Below are positions 40,941-53,362 of a DNA stretch of 64,000 nt, in pieces. Positions within the stretch are counted from its first letter, which is position 1; the number at the start of each line of letters is the position of its first letter. The notes under the pieces were generated by a model. The model was not told the DNA's origin. It was given only the letters and a program-made list of their open reading frames with translations, and searched no databases. The DNA comes from Eledone cirrhosa (taxonomy: Eukaryota): assembly GCA_964016885.1 (NCBI GenBank), contig OZ024742.1, forward strand, positions 323,764,001 through 323,828,000, given 5' to 3'. Both the position numbers and the translations under genes were made by a program.

Positions 40941-41991
40941 CTAGAAAACATGAAAGGAAACAATATCATAAAAAATGTCATCATAACTTTTTATAAACTA
41001 CGATTTTTTTTCAACACGCTGATGCATGTGTATATGTGCATATGCATACATGCATTATATGTATGAGTATATAAACAAACACGCAAGCAGTCATACATTC
41101 ATACAAACACACATGCATTCACACAAACACACACACACACTCAGCATAGCAAATGGAACACCAGCCGCTGTTTTGCTATAGTTTTTTCACCATCCCCTTC
41201 CTTTCATTTACACACAAAAACACACATTGTGTGACGGACAGACAGAAGTCGCTCAAATTTATATATAGAAGAAATACAAAAACAATGTAAGTCACTGTGC
41301 AGAATCAGCATAGCAGTACGTGACAAGGCTGGACTTTTCAATTACAGGAATAATCCTTCTAATGGGTTTCCACTACACAATTTCACTCACAAGACTATGG
41401 TGAAAAATGCTGCACAGTGAGATCAAAATCTGAGATCATTTGATTGTAAAGCAAATTTCTTAGTCATTCAGTCATACTAGATGTATATAATATGGAATGA
41501 ATCTCCATTGGTTTCAATGATGAATGTTTGATCAATGAAACAAACTGCTCATGAAATTAAAATGTCAGTGGTTGAGCATTCTACAGACCAAATTTTCAGA
41601 GAGATTCAGTGACAAGTCTGACCCTTGGAATTACAACTACAGTCCATCTGACAGACTTCCAAATAGTTTCCATCCACTCAATTTCATACACTTGGTATGG
41701 GTTGACCCAAGACTAAGGTAAATAACACTTGCTGAAGATGTCACACAGTAGAATTGAACCAAGGACCTTATAATTACAAAGCAAACTTCTTAACCATTTG
41801 GCCCTGCCACATTCTCACATATATTATTTAACTACTATATATGTGAAGGCATGTGGCCTGATTAGGGTACTACACTCAGGCTCATAAGATCTTGTGTTCA
41901 ATTCCTGAACTGGGTGGCATGTATTCTTCAACAACATATTCACATACAGTTTATAAACATTGTATGGAAAAATATCAAAATTGACTTTTAC

Positions 41992-42064
41992 CTTTGAGAA
42001 TACCTTCATATATCAACCCAGTATAATAATCCAGTCCTCGTGCTAAGCTGAGATCAAAGGACAC
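41992..42064 (-). CDS. HARS: Histidyl-tRNA synthetase exon (histidine-A motif)
   Basis: cttcag|[24 protein letters not shown](G)|gtaaaa; 73 nt. RGLDYY is diagnostic of HisRS. Confidence 0.98.
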
Positions 42065-42959
42065 CTGAAGACAGAAAAAATATATTTCTGATATATATGT
42101 AATATATTAAGGTTTCATATACTATAACTTACAATGTTTGGTTTGTAATGTCCATTTGAGATTGAGATTTCATTTATTGTGAAAGGTCACAGACTTGTAA
42201 GGAGAGTGTAGTTAATTAAATTGACCCCTGTATGACATTGTAGGGCAAAAAAACAAAGTGAAATTTCATCAGGATTTCCTCAATTTAGCTATTAAAGAAA
42301 AGACATGGGAGCCACACTTCACATTTCATAGCCACCTAAGTTAATAAGGTTAACCAATCAATCAAAGCTTCCAAAACCGGAGTACCACTGTAGGTGTTTT
42401 CACAGTCAACAGTTGCCACTGGTCTCTATCCTCTATCATGTGTGAGGGACTGGATGCTTGGAAGGGAGAGGGGGAACATAAAGCATTTCTAAGGCTCTAA
42501 GGCCACCTGAAATACTATGATGGATGGACATAAATAAAAAACAACAGAACATGCTATATCATCTGAGGCACAGAAAATCAATGACTATTCTCTCCACAAA
42601 AAAGGGCTAATTTGTTATTGATAAATGCTTCTGATTATAAAGGATCAACAATTTATTCCACAAAAGTGTGGGGTAAACAAATATTCATGTATTGTATCTA
42701 GAATAAGTCCTAGCAAATTTGAACTTAATATTGCTGGTTGACTAAGAGCTTGTAAATTCTATAATACTTCCACTGCTACCAGCATTGCCCCTATACCTAC
42801 CTAAGATACCCATGAATAGTTTGATAGACAAAGTCAATGAGATTTGCAAAATAAGATAAGTTTGTGTGCAGCATGAGGAAAGAGAAGTTCTGATATTTTA
42901 GACAGGGCTCTTCTTCATTGAATGGGAAGAAGTGTGTTAGAAGTACACTTCTCATATCT

Positions 42960-43192
42960 TTAACCTTCCTGTTACTATATTTCTAGTGTAAGACACTGCA
43001 TATGATGTTCAAATAATTGATAATCTGAAGAGATTTAGTAATATAGCTAATTTTCTCATTATTAAGCTGGTGTTTGGAACATAACAAAGGTTCTTACATA
43101 AAATTATAATGGCAGGGTTTTAGATAAATATAAACAGTGTTCTAACATAGAATCAGGGCCAGTTTCAAGCAGTTTGACACCAAAAAGGTTAA
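42960..43192. mobile_element. Second TTAA-bounded MITE family, degenerate
   Basis: TTAACCTT...CAAAAAGGTTAA. Related remnants at about 32498-33036, 45680-45930 and 53470-53741. Confidence 0.5.
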
Positions 43193-43565
43193 AGAAAAGC
43201 CCTGCCCCAAATTTTAGAATTCACTTCTCATGATACACAAACTTATTTTATTAACATTACATACCACTTGTTTAATTTGTTTCTTTTTTGCTGACTTAGA
43301 TCATTATTATTTTCTTTGGACTTATACTTTTTTTTGTTAAGCAATTGAACCAGAATAACAGAATAAAATTTCTGATGGGATCAAATGGTTAATCTTTAAG
43401 CTTGTATACCATGTCATAAGCTATGGCTCAACTATGACCATTTGAACCATAGCTCATGACAAGAATGGAATGAATGGCCATCATGAAAGAATTCTGAGGA
43501 GCACACTCCAACAAAATGTAAATAGCATCAACAATAATCTTTATCTTTATCTTTATATATATACT

Positions 43566-44330
43566 CCCTCCACAACACTGATATCAAGAAGTCCTCTTGT
43601 GAACGTGACCTGGGCATTACTGTCAGCAGCGATTTGCGTTGGACAAAGCATGTCTCTAAGATTGTCAAGAAGGCCGAGGGTGTCTTGGCATCACTCAGCA
43701 AGACCTTTGTTAGCCGCTGTCCAGCCATCTATTTAAAACAGTATACAGCTATGGTACGACCACATTTGGAATTCGCATCATCAGTCTGGAACCCCTATCT
43801 TGCTCAGAACATTGACCGCCTGGAAACTGTTCAGAGACGTGCAACCAAGCGCATACCCTCCATCAGACACCTACCATACTCTGAACGCCTTGCTTCCCTG
43901 GGCATGGATTCATTGAAGCTCCGACGTCTGGCAATGGACTTGGTAAATACCCACAAAGTTATTAACCATCTCGCCAACAACAACCCTGAGCACCTTTTTG
44001 ATCTCCATGTGTCTAACACACGTGGACATGCCTACAAAATCAGAAAACAGCATAGCTCCCATGACTTTCGTAAACATTTTTTCACACTCAGAGTTGCTGA
44101 AGCATGGAACAAACTGCCTGCGTCAGTTGTTAGCTGCCGAGACACTGCATCCTTTAAGACACTCATGCTTCCCGAAATACGCCAAAACTACACCTGATGT
44201 ACCCCTGTATATCATGACTCATTTACTGTTCATTTTCCTGACGTTTGTACATTACCCTATGCACTATACATACACTTTTTGATGAGTTGTAGTGCACCTG
44301 AGCACTGTACACAATATTTCATTATTATTA
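43566..44330 (+). mobile_element. 5'-truncated CR1/L2-group LINE 3' end in a HARS intron
   Basis: ERDLGITVSSDLRWTKHV...MVRPHLEFASSVWNPY...LETVQRRATK...TRGHAYK...FFTLRVAEAWNKLP; (ATT)n tail at 44321-44330. Confidence 0.9.
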
Positions 44331-44525
44331 GTGGATTGGCAGTATCGGTAGAGGGTCGGACGCCATGCTTTGACGCATAGAGTTATGGCCCTTGCCATTC
44401 TGAGTTCAAATCCCGCCGGGGTTAACTTTGCCTTTCATCCTTACGGGGTCAAAAAATAAAGTACCAGTAATACACTGGGAAATTGCTGGCCTTGTGGCAA
44501 AAAGTAGAAACAATTATTATTATTA
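44331..44525 (+). mobile_element. tRNA-derived SINE (family A)
   Basis: tggcagtatcgg A-box and gagttcaaatcc B-box. Core gcctttcatccttacggggtc..aataaagtaccag resembles the Meta/MESC SINE domain as recalled. (ATT)n tail. Confidence 0.85.
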
Positions 44526-44528
44526 TTT

Positions 44529-44908
44529 TCATTATTATAAAAGCGAGGATGTGTGTGTGTCTGTGTACAACTTTGGATACCTAAGGCTTTTACAATTACC
44601 AACCGAATTTGACCAAATTTTCTGTGCACGTTGCACAGGTCGCTAAGATGGTCACATCACAAAAATTTTTCCAAACGACCCACGTTGAGCAATAAATAAA
44701 TCGATATCAAAATTGATGTAAGGGAGATAACCAACTTTATTGACAATCCTTATAAAAAAAAGGGAGATAACCTACTTTATTAACAATCCTTATAAAGAGA
44801 CTCCTTATTTTGACAGGTTGGGGACAAATAATGTTCTTCTTTTACTTCCTAGCTGTATATTCTTAGCATAATTTCAAACCCCAAGCAATGCCAGGTAAAT
44901 CTGCTAGG
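44529..44908 (+). mobile_element. Probable non-autonomous Helitron remnant
   Basis: 5' TC-attattataaaagcg..(tg)n and a 3' decayed hairpin ccccaagcaatgccagg followed by CTAG. Internal ~41-bp duplication at 44719-44796. Confidence 0.5.
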
Positions 44909-44942
44909 CATAAATAAGCATGAAACATTGATTCATTTTTAA

Positions 44943-45132
44943 TTTAGGCACAAGGCCAGCAATTTGGAGGGAAGGGCAAAGTTGATTAAATCAATTTAAG
45001 TACTTGACTGGTACTTCATTTTTTTTTTTTTTTTACCACAGAAGGCAAAGTCGACCTCGGTGGGATTTGAATACTGAATGTTAAGAGCCAGCAGAATAAA
45101 TACAGCAATGGCATTTTATCCAATGTTCTACC
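44943..45132 (-). mobile_element. tRNA-derived SINE (family A), inverted relative to 44331
   Basis: ggcacaaggccagcaatt...actggtact...aggcaaagtcgacctcggtgggatttgaa. Confidence 0.75.
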
Positions 45133-45440
45133 AATTCATCTCTCTCAGAAAACATTAAAAACTATAATATCTTTCAACTGACAAGTATATCAACACCAAA
45201 GCAATACACACTATCAAAACTACATCTGATAGCACAACATAACTCCCTATCAACCATTCTGACAAACGATTTTATACATTGTAACCAATGTATTTCACAT
45301 TTACATAATGCCATATTGGAGATAATCACCAGCACATTGGGGCTAACGGGGGCATATCTATTCAGTACAGTGGTGGCTTTAGACGTCAAAGCTGTGTGTG
45401 TACTTGTGTGTCTGCATCATGCATAGAGCCAGCAGCTTAC

Positions 45441-45568
45441 CTTGTCTAGACAACCATAAATGTCACAGTATTTTAGTAACAACTTCATATCAGCTACACC
45501 TTGAGCAGCAGCTTTCTGTGCCATCAATGTAGCATCACTGCTTAACTTTTCAACAAGTTCCATTTTGC
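45441..45568 (-). CDS. HARS: Histidyl-tRNA synthetase exon
   Basis: tttccag|(G)KMELVEKLSSDATLMAQKAAAQGVADMKLLLKYCDIYGCLDK|gtaagc; 128 nt, phase compatible with both neighbours. Confidence 0.94.
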
Positions 45569-45948
45569 CTGGAAATGTGATAATAAAAGATAAATTTAAA
45601 AAAATAAATGTAGTGTTCATAATTATGAATCTGTTGAAGGGTTAGGAACTCACTCAAACACCCCAAAAGTATAAAACTTGTTAGCACTTTTGATATCAAC
45701 CCACATGAAACTGTCATGATTTAATGATACAAAATTGCCCATTTTAAAGTGTTAACTTTCTATGATAATTTTATTATTTAAGAAATTCTTAAGTAATGTT
45801 CTAAACATTAGTTTACTAATGAAAAAAGTTATTAATTTTATTTAATTCCTCAAATTTTTCAATAATTTAAAAAATGTATTGAAAGACATAGTCAATGTTT
45901 TTCATTAGAAATACAATAACAAAAATATTAATAAAACTAATGAATAGT

Positions 45949-46164
45949 TTAACCCTTTAACATTTAAACCGGCCATATCTAGCCAGAATTCTCTCACCTC
46001 TTTCTGTTCAAACCGGTTATAACCAGCTGCTCAGACTGATGTTAAGGTATTATTCTCAAAATAAATAATATCAAAATCTCATAGATTCAATATTATGTGA
46101 GATAAAGCCTTTACCATGAAAATATAATAGCATATATAGAGTAATGTAAATGCTAAAGGGTTAA
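45949..46164. mobile_element. piggyBac-like MITE
   Basis: TTAA-CCCTTTAACATTTA...TAAATGCTAAAGGG-TTAA; collinear with 37302-37517. Confidence 0.85.
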
Positions 46165-46750
46165 GAAGGAGAATGGAAGTGAAAGAGGAAGGCTAACAGT
46201 AGTGTATGTAATGCTGCTGTTGTTACTATTGTTGTTTACTCCTAGACCAACTCTTATCTAGAAAACCTATGACTAAAAGTGTTCCATCCTGTCTTTTCAG
46301 ATATAGTGTATCAACATTATCATTTTATATCTACTTTCCATGTTGGCATGGGTTGGACATATCATCATGGTCTGAGACTAAACAGGTTGGAGAATCACAT
46401 CTTGCCCATACATTTATCCAATGTGTTCTTCCATTTTTTAACTTTTTATGGCAGATATAATTTGGGGGAGATCTGGCTGCTATTTCTACCAAGTTGGGGA
46501 TTCCTTGTTGGCTTCAGTGATTTATTAAAAGTGGAAGTGGTGGAGAAGAGAATAGAAAAGTTTCATAAAAATGGAGAGAGAGAGAATGATCAGGAGAAAA
46601 TGTGAGGTAAAGATTGTTGAAAAGAGAAAAGTCAAAAAGGGGGATTGGGTGAAAATGAGATAAATTTAGATAGAAAGCGAGTAAGAACAAATAGGGGTGG
46701 GGGTTAAAGAAATGAGAGAATGAAAGGAAGCAGAAAATATTCAACTGAGC

Positions 46751-46754
<4 letters not shown>

Positions 46755-46789
<35 letters not shown>
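46755..46789. repeat. (GA)n microsatellite
   Basis: Pure GA run. Confidence 0.95.
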
Positions 46790-46790
<1 letters not shown>

Positions 46791-47102
46791 AAGCAAATAA
46801 TGTAGATCATCATCATCTTTATGTCAACTTTTCCATGCAGGCAAGGGCTGGATAAGACTTTTTGAAACAGGTTTTACAGCCAGATGTCCTTCCTGTCACG
46901 AATGGTGTACCTATTCTAAACCAGGTTTATGCAGAATGAGATAAAAGAAAGTAAATAGAGAGAAAGAAGTGAGAACTAAGTGAGAAAGAGATAAAACAAA
47001 TGAAAGAGATAGAATTGAACAAGGGAACAGAGTGAAAGAAATAAAGGAAGAGACAGAGAAAAGAGAAGAGAAGATATTGAAATAGAAGGAAATAAAACTC
47101 AC

Positions 47103-47196
47103 CACTCAATTGAACATATTCCCAGATTTTATCAGCTATTTCTGGATCAAGACCTTTTTCATCTGTCATTTCTTTCCGTACATCACACCATTTCAT
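47103..47196 (-). CDS. HARS: Histidyl-tRNA synthetase exon (insertion domain)
   Basis: ctccaag|MKWCDVRKEMTDEKGLDPEIADKIWEYVQLS(G)|gtgagt; 94 nt. Confidence 0.95.
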
Positions 47197-47737
47197 CTTG
47201 GAGAATAATAAGAAAATACATAAATACATTAAAAGATTTCACTTCAAATCTTAGTATATTACATATAGTCCTTGTAGTTCTAGAGTCAGTGTCTGAGTAT
47301 TTAGTACCCAACATTAGCTCTACAATGTGTATCCCTTTCTCCCAAATAAAATAATTTCAACTTACAGTTTGGTAAGTTGATGGACCTAATTTTAGACACT
47401 TCTTGCTCTGACCACATTAAGAAAATTACTAAGCCTGCATTTTCCACATTACAGTCTACACTCAACCATGCCAAATCATGTGACAGGTCATAACAATATA
47501 CAACCACTTCTACTGCTTTGGATATTTCCACAACTTTGCTATGCAACAAAGATCTTTAGGGATGTATTTACTGATTGCAGGAAATTATATATCTAATTTA
47601 ATTATAACAATTTGTATAAAACTGTAATTCTTTAAGGTTCAGTAATGCATCTCTCTGAGGTCTGCATCCTAGTTTGTCTTAACAGTAGCATCAACCCTGT
47701 GTATCTGTAATAAGATAGGACACTCACTGTAGCTGTA

Positions 47738-47955
47738 ATAATTGTTTCTACCTTAGGCACAAGGATAGTAATTTGGGGCAAGGGGAAAGCCAATTAAATC
47801 GACCTCAGTGCATTACTGGTACTTTATTTTATCGACCTCGTAAGGATGAAAGGCAAAGCTAACCTCAGCAGGATATGATCTCAGAACTTAAATGGACATA
47901 AATCTATGCTGCAAAGCAAAGTGTCCAACACTACCGATTCTGCCAATCAACTGCC
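47738..47955 (-). mobile_element. tRNA-derived SINE (family A)
   Basis: Reverse complement of the tail, the core (ttttatcgacctcgtaaggatgaaaggcaaag) and the head (ctaccgattctgccaatc). Confidence 0.8.
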
Positions 47956-48188
47956 TGTATCTGAAACCCCAACATTGTAATAATATCTGAATTCATGACC
48001 TTGTAGTCATAAGTTTTATTAAAACTAATGTTTTGTGCATGATGAGAAAGACACCTAACTCTAATTAATTAACAGTAAGCAGGGAAAAATATAACACAAA
48101 CATGAAAATATTGGATATAAAAGTTTTTGTTTGAAAGCTACCTCAATGTGAATTGGATGGTAAATGTTAAAAATGTGATAACAATGAT

Positions 48189-48341
48189 CAGTGCCAGATT
48201 TAGGCCCTGTGCTAATTAAGTTATGAGGCCCCAAACATTTGAAAAATTCATCATAAAAAACTTTTTTGGTAGGAAGATACCATCCGGCCAAAGGGGCCCT
48301 GTGCTTAAGCACACCTAAGCACAATGGTAAATCCGACACTG
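48189..48341. mobile_element. hAT-like MITE
   Basis: TIRs CAGTGCCAGATTTA / TAAATCCGACACTG with 8-bp flanks acaatgat / tcaatgat (7/8 match). Confidence 0.7.
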
Positions 48342-48544
48342 TCAATGATGTTGGAATGTTACCTTGTAGTTCTTTATAGGTCCTTTATATTTTGGGATAA
48401 AATCCCTTCATCACTGTTATCATATTTTTAACATTTACTTAAGCATTCATCTAGTATGCACCTCTTAACCATTATCATCCCTCCTCCTTCCATGCACTAA
48501 CACCCTACCCATATCTCATCACACCACTCTTACACTGCAAAGTT

Positions 48545-48805
48545 GCCATGCTGGTATCATGACAAAAAGCACCCAGTCCACACGGTAAAGTGGTCATGTA
48601 GGTGTCATGACAAAAGGCACCCAGCCGACACTGTAAAGTGGTCATGTCAAAAAAGCACCCAGCTGACACTATAAAGTAGTCGTGTAGGTGTCATGTAAAA
48701 AAGCACCCAGTCCACTCTGTAAAGTGGTAATGTAGTTGTCATGTCAAAAAGCACCCAGTCCACACTGTAAAGTGGTCATGTAGGTGTCATGACAAAAAGC
48801 ACCCA
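48545..48805 (+). repeat. ~48-bp minisatellite derived from the RTE 3' UTR
   Basis: 5-6 units of gtcatgacaaaaagcacccagtccacactgtaaagtggtcatgtaggt. The same unit occurs twice at 32263-32357. Confidence 0.9.
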
Positions 48806-48997
48806 TAATAGTAAGGTTTGATTTGCTGGAGTTTTGCTAGTTAGTAGAGGTAACAACTAAGGTGTACATTGTCTCAAAACTATAGACAGTGGAGATTTTT
48901 GAGACAATTTAGGTGAAATGTTTGATATTTTAAAATAAAAACAGAAAATAAAATAAATAAATTCTTGAAACAAAGCAAGTCTCCAAACTGAACCTAC

Positions 48998-49096
48998 TTT
49001 ATCGAGTTTGTCAACAGCAGAACAAATTGGTCGGAAGGCTTTCTCTGGAACACCACAGGCGGCAAATATGCCATCTAAGAGCATACGGTGGTTCAC
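48998..49096 (-). CDS. HARS: Histidyl-tRNA synthetase exon
   Basis: ttgacag|[33 protein letters not shown]|gtaggt; 99 nt. Confidence 0.97.
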
Positions 49097-49167
49097 CTGT
49101 CAAATAAATAAACAATAAATATATAAAATGTATATATATGTATTTAAGTGTATTGTGCATGTGTATA

Positions 49168-49172
<5 letters not shown>

Positions 49173-49254
<82 letters not shown>
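49173..49254. repeat. (GA)n microsatellite, ~41 units
   Basis: Pure GA run ~75 nt upstream of a HARS acceptor; reads (UC)n in the pre-mRNA. Confidence 0.97.
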
Positions 49255-49257
<3 letters not shown>

Positions 49258-50274
49258 AATTGATCTTACACCAGTTTCAACATTGAATATACTGTAAGTA
49301 GTTGAGTATTCTACAGACATTTGTACTCTAAAGCATAATTCTCATGCTGAATCAGTATGATACTGTATTCATTGAGGCTGGCCCCTTGTATTACAAGTAC
49401 AATACATTTGATGGGCTTCCAGTTAGTTTCTGCCTACCCAATTTTACTCACAATGCTTGGGTTAACTCGAAACTATGTGGATATCTCAACTATTCACCTA
49501 TGCCTGCACCTACATAAACACACACAAAGATATATGCATGTAGTATGTATATATGTTTATCATCATCATTTTAGATTTGCTTTTCCCTGTAAATGTGGTT
49601 GGCGTTAGGAAGGGCATCCAGCCGTAGAAACCTAGTCAGAAACTTTTATATGAGTAAGACACGGTCAACTGACCCAACTTGCCTCAAATGGGACAACCTG
49701 TCTAATCTATGCTAGCATAAAGATTCTAGCAGTCATCACCAACTTACCAACTGGGTGTTCCTGACATATGATGCTCAATTAAATCTGAAGTTGGTGATGG
49801 ACACTAGCTAGCCAACTGTCTTAATCACATACTTTCTTAAATACTGTATTAATAAAAGCTTTAATTATAATATTGTATCTGTAACAGACTTTCTAATAAT
49901 AATAATAATGATTTCTGATTTAGGCACAAGGTCAACAATATATATTGTCTCAATAAGACTTTATCATAATACTGTCCTAAATGAAAACCTTTCTTATAAC
50001 ACTGTCTCAGTGAAAAACTTTCTTACACGTATCTCACAATATTACACATATTGATACTCAACTCAGAATTCGCAATTTCGCACTTTTCTATACTCATTTC
50101 ATATTTGTGGAGTCTCAACTTAGATTCCCACAAACACACTACTACAATCCTACATTCACCTCCCATTAACAGTCTTTTACATTCAACTCACATTGCCACT
50201 TACACTAATTTCACATGCTCTGCACACATATACAAAAAACTTCTGCTCTTATTCAACATTATCATACACACACA

Positions 50275-50630
50275 CACAGTGCTGGTGCCATGATAAAAAG
50301 TATCCAGTTCACCCATAAGGTGGTAGTGTTAGTGTCATGACAAAAAGCACCCAGTCTACCCGAAAAGGTGGTAGTGCAGATGCCATGATAAAAAGCATTC
50401 TGTTCCCTCTGTAAGGTTGTAGTACAAGAGACATAAAATTATCCCAGTACCCACTGTAAAGTGATTGGCATTAGGAAAGACATCCAACCATAGAAACTAA
50501 ACCAAAAGTGGAGTGCAAGAGCAAGATGTGGTCACCTGACCTGTCTAGCCACAGTATGTGACAGTCCATCTAATAGTTAGATTCTAACTCATGCAAGCAT
50601 GTTAGATAGATGTTAAACAGTGATGATGAT
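50275..50630 (+). mobile_element. RTE 3'-UTR-derived element with tandem units and (GAT)n tail
   Basis: Repeated catgataaaaag..cccagt...aaggtggtagtg units, then attaggaaagacatccaaccatagaaac and gatgttaaacagtgatgatgat. Confidence 0.75.
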
Positions 50631-50697
50631 ACACAAAGACTGCTATACTTATATCAATTAATATTACACATTCTCCTTTATAGTAAGGTCAACTCAC

Positions 50698-50805
50698 CTT
50701 AATCACAAAGGTTCCGATGTCCAATTCATTTAAGATACTGCACACCATTTTAACACACTCAGCATCAGGGATCATTGCATCATATTGGCCAGCAATGTCA
50801 ATATC
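50698..50805 (-). CDS. HARS: Histidyl-tRNA synthetase exon
   Basis: gtaacag|[36 protein letters not shown]|gtgagt; 108 nt. Confidence 0.97.
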
Positions 50806-51066
50806 CTGTTACAATGGAGCAATGAGAAGAATACGTTAAGTTGTGATGGTGGTGATAAAGTGACAATAATGATAATAGTAGAGGTGGTGGTGGTGGTTAT
50901 AATAATAATGATAGTTTGAGTGATGATTCTAGTAGTAGTTAATGAGGCAGTGATCATGTTAGTTAGTGTGATGGTGCAGGTGGTAGTAGAGAAGGTATGG
51001 TAGAGTAACAATAGTCATAATTGAGGTGGTAATGTTGCTGCTGGTGAGAGAAACGATATACTAGAG

Positions 51067-51329
51067 CAATGTTTCCCAGCCTATGGCCACATAGCTAATG
51101 TGGGCCATGGCAAATTTCAGGTGAGCCACAGCTTATTGGTCCATAGAGCTTTTATTGACTACTAGTCCTTAAATTAATGAAATTAATGTATGTAAATAAT
51201 TGTTGTATCTTTATTGGATATATTCTATGTAAAATGGAAGTAATTTTTTATACTATAATAATTTCATGGACCAAAGAAAAATTCTGGGTTCAAAGTGGGC
51301 CATGAGCTTAAAAAGGTTGGGAACTGTTG
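51067..51329. mobile_element. hAT (Charlie-like) MITE
   Basis: Perfect 8-bp target duplication tactagag (51059-51066 and 51330-51337). Imperfect TIRs CAATGTTTCCCAGCCT / AGGTTGGGAACTGTTG. Confidence 0.85.
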
Positions 51330-51464
51330 TACTAGAGAATACAGAAAAATAAACAGGAACAGTAGAAGTGAAACGATTGTATGATTTTGGTATTGGACTA
51401 CCAAACGTTTTAATTGAAATTCACAACAAACAGTTTGTAGTGATATATTATTTTATTATAAGAT

Positions 51465-51652
51465 AATAATTGTTTCTACTTTTGGCACAAGGCCAGCAAT
51501 TACCCAGTACATTACTGGTACTTTATTTTATCGACCCTGTAAGGATGAAAGGCAAAGTTAACCTTGGTGGGATTTGAACTCAGAATAGCAAGGGTCGTAA
51601 CTCTATGAGTCAAAGCATGGCGTTCAACCCGCTACCGATACTGCTAATCCAC
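51465..51652 (-). mobile_element. tRNA-derived SINE (family A)
   Basis: Close reverse complement of 44331-44525. Confidence 0.85.
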
Positions 51653-51958
51653 TTTAGCGTAGCACAAAATTATGTGTGTTGTCCCTTCGCAAGTCGCCGC
51701 CGGAGAAAGAGTGATTTGGTGACGTCAGAGCTATGTGCAGGTAACTCTGCATAGCTGTCCCCAAGCACATGACAGGTGTCGCTTCGCTACAAGTTGATTA
51801 GTATCTGAGCATGCAACCTGTACTATCTGGTGGCGGTTTTATCCTTCATTTTATCCTACCATGAAACAATACTTCAATAATTGTTCTTAGAAATTATTGG
51901 GAGTATTTACATTATAAAAATGGCATTGAGTAAAGGTTTCTACACCGTTACTTTACTA

Positions 51959-51961
<3 letters not shown>

Positions 51962-51994
<33 letters not shown>
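51962..51994. repeat. (TA)n microsatellite
   Basis: Pure TA run. Confidence 0.95.
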
Positions 51995-51999
<5 letters not shown>

Positions 52000-52068
52000 T
52001 ATACTTAGATTTATACAGAACAACTATATACTTATACTTTTGCTACTTAGCACACAACTAAAAGTATA

Positions 52069-52265
52069 TTAACCCTTTAGCATTTACATTACTCTATATA
52101 TTCTATTATATTTATCTCACATAATATTGAATCTATGAGATTTTGATATTTATTTTGAGAACAATACCTTAACATCAGTATAAGTGGCCAGTTACAGTCG
52201 GTTTGAACAGAAAGAAGTGAAAGAATTCTGGCCAGATACAGACAGTTTAAATGCTAAAGGGTTAA
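52069..52265. mobile_element. piggyBac-like MITE
   Basis: TTAA-CCCTTTAGCATTTA...TAAATGCTAAAGGG-TTAA; same orientation as 33831. Confidence 0.85.
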
Positions 52266-52957
52266 CTTCCAAAATGAGCGCTAATATTATACAAATTATT
52301 ACATCCATTTCAAGATATTTCTATAAGTGATAGGGTATGTAAAACCCTCAGTTACGTATTTTCTTGTGGTTGTTCAGCTAATATACATATGTTCCAATGA
52401 GAACTCAACTAGATTAAAAAATCAATTAAAGATATTTATCATCTTTCTCACTTTGGAGGGAAATACATACATTAGTCATCTTTACATGTCTATATATTCA
52501 ATGTGTTTAGCAGCATGGATTATAAATGTTATTGAGACACGAGTAACATAATAATGACGTCAACAGCAGAAATTAGAGATGAAATGTATGTTTATTTTTG
52601 TTGTAGCACAAATAATGTTGGTTAACTTGTATGGTTGAAGTTACACATAAAATGAGGTTACAAAAGGGAATGTGCCATTGCGCTGGAAAGCCGGCAGGCC
52701 AAGGTGCAAAATCTCACCGTCACATGTACGTGTTGCTGGTTCGAAGTTCCTGGTGCGAGAGAGAGATTCTTCAAATCTTTGCGGGGAATTTCTCCCTCAG
52801 GACGCGTAGGGATACATCCTCTTCTACTGGTGCTGATTGGCTGAGCTGAGCCAAATCACGCACAGAGAATGTATGTGAGCCCGCGGAATGTAGGTCACTA
52901 CATGTGCAAATTTATATACACATTTACACAGTCTCAGTTACTTCAGTTCTGTATATA

Positions 52958-53362
52958 TCATCATTTTACGTCAGCTTTTCCCTGCTTGCAAAGGTGGGAC
53001 GGGTCCTATTCAGCACAATATCTCTCCACTTGTCACGGTCCTTCGTCATCTCCTCCGTGAGCTTCAGTGATCTGAGGTCTGCTCTCAGCACCTCCGCCCA
53101 TGTTTTTTGTGGTCTTCCTCCTACTGGGATTTCTTGGCACTTCTTTACCCAGCGGTCATCCTCCATGCGCATCACATGTCCATACCATCTCAGTCTTCTC
53201 TCCTGCTCAACTGATCCCTCTTATACCCAGTTTCTCTCTTAACTCATCTATGCTTGGTCGTTCATGCACATTGACATTGCACATCCAACGGAGCAGGCTT
53301 GCTTCATTTCTCTCCAGCCGTCGCATATCCTCTGCAGTTGCTGCCGTTGTCTCACTACCACA
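52958..53362 (-). mobile_element. 5'-truncated RTE LINE 3' fragment, related to 29072-32497
   Basis: GSETTAATAEDMRRLERNEASLLRWMCN...LREKLGIRGI, MRMEDDRWVKKC...GRPQKTW, and a short tail. Confidence 0.9.

Noticed and set aside
46514-47105. Hydrophobic F/L/S-rich ORFs suggesting membrane proteins
   Set aside because: Translations of low-complexity purine/pyrimidine-skewed intron sequence and a GA microsatellite.
50772-51011. Thr/Ile-rich ORF
   Set aside because: Degenerate (GGT/GAT/AAT)n simple repeat, out of frame with the adjacent HARS exon.
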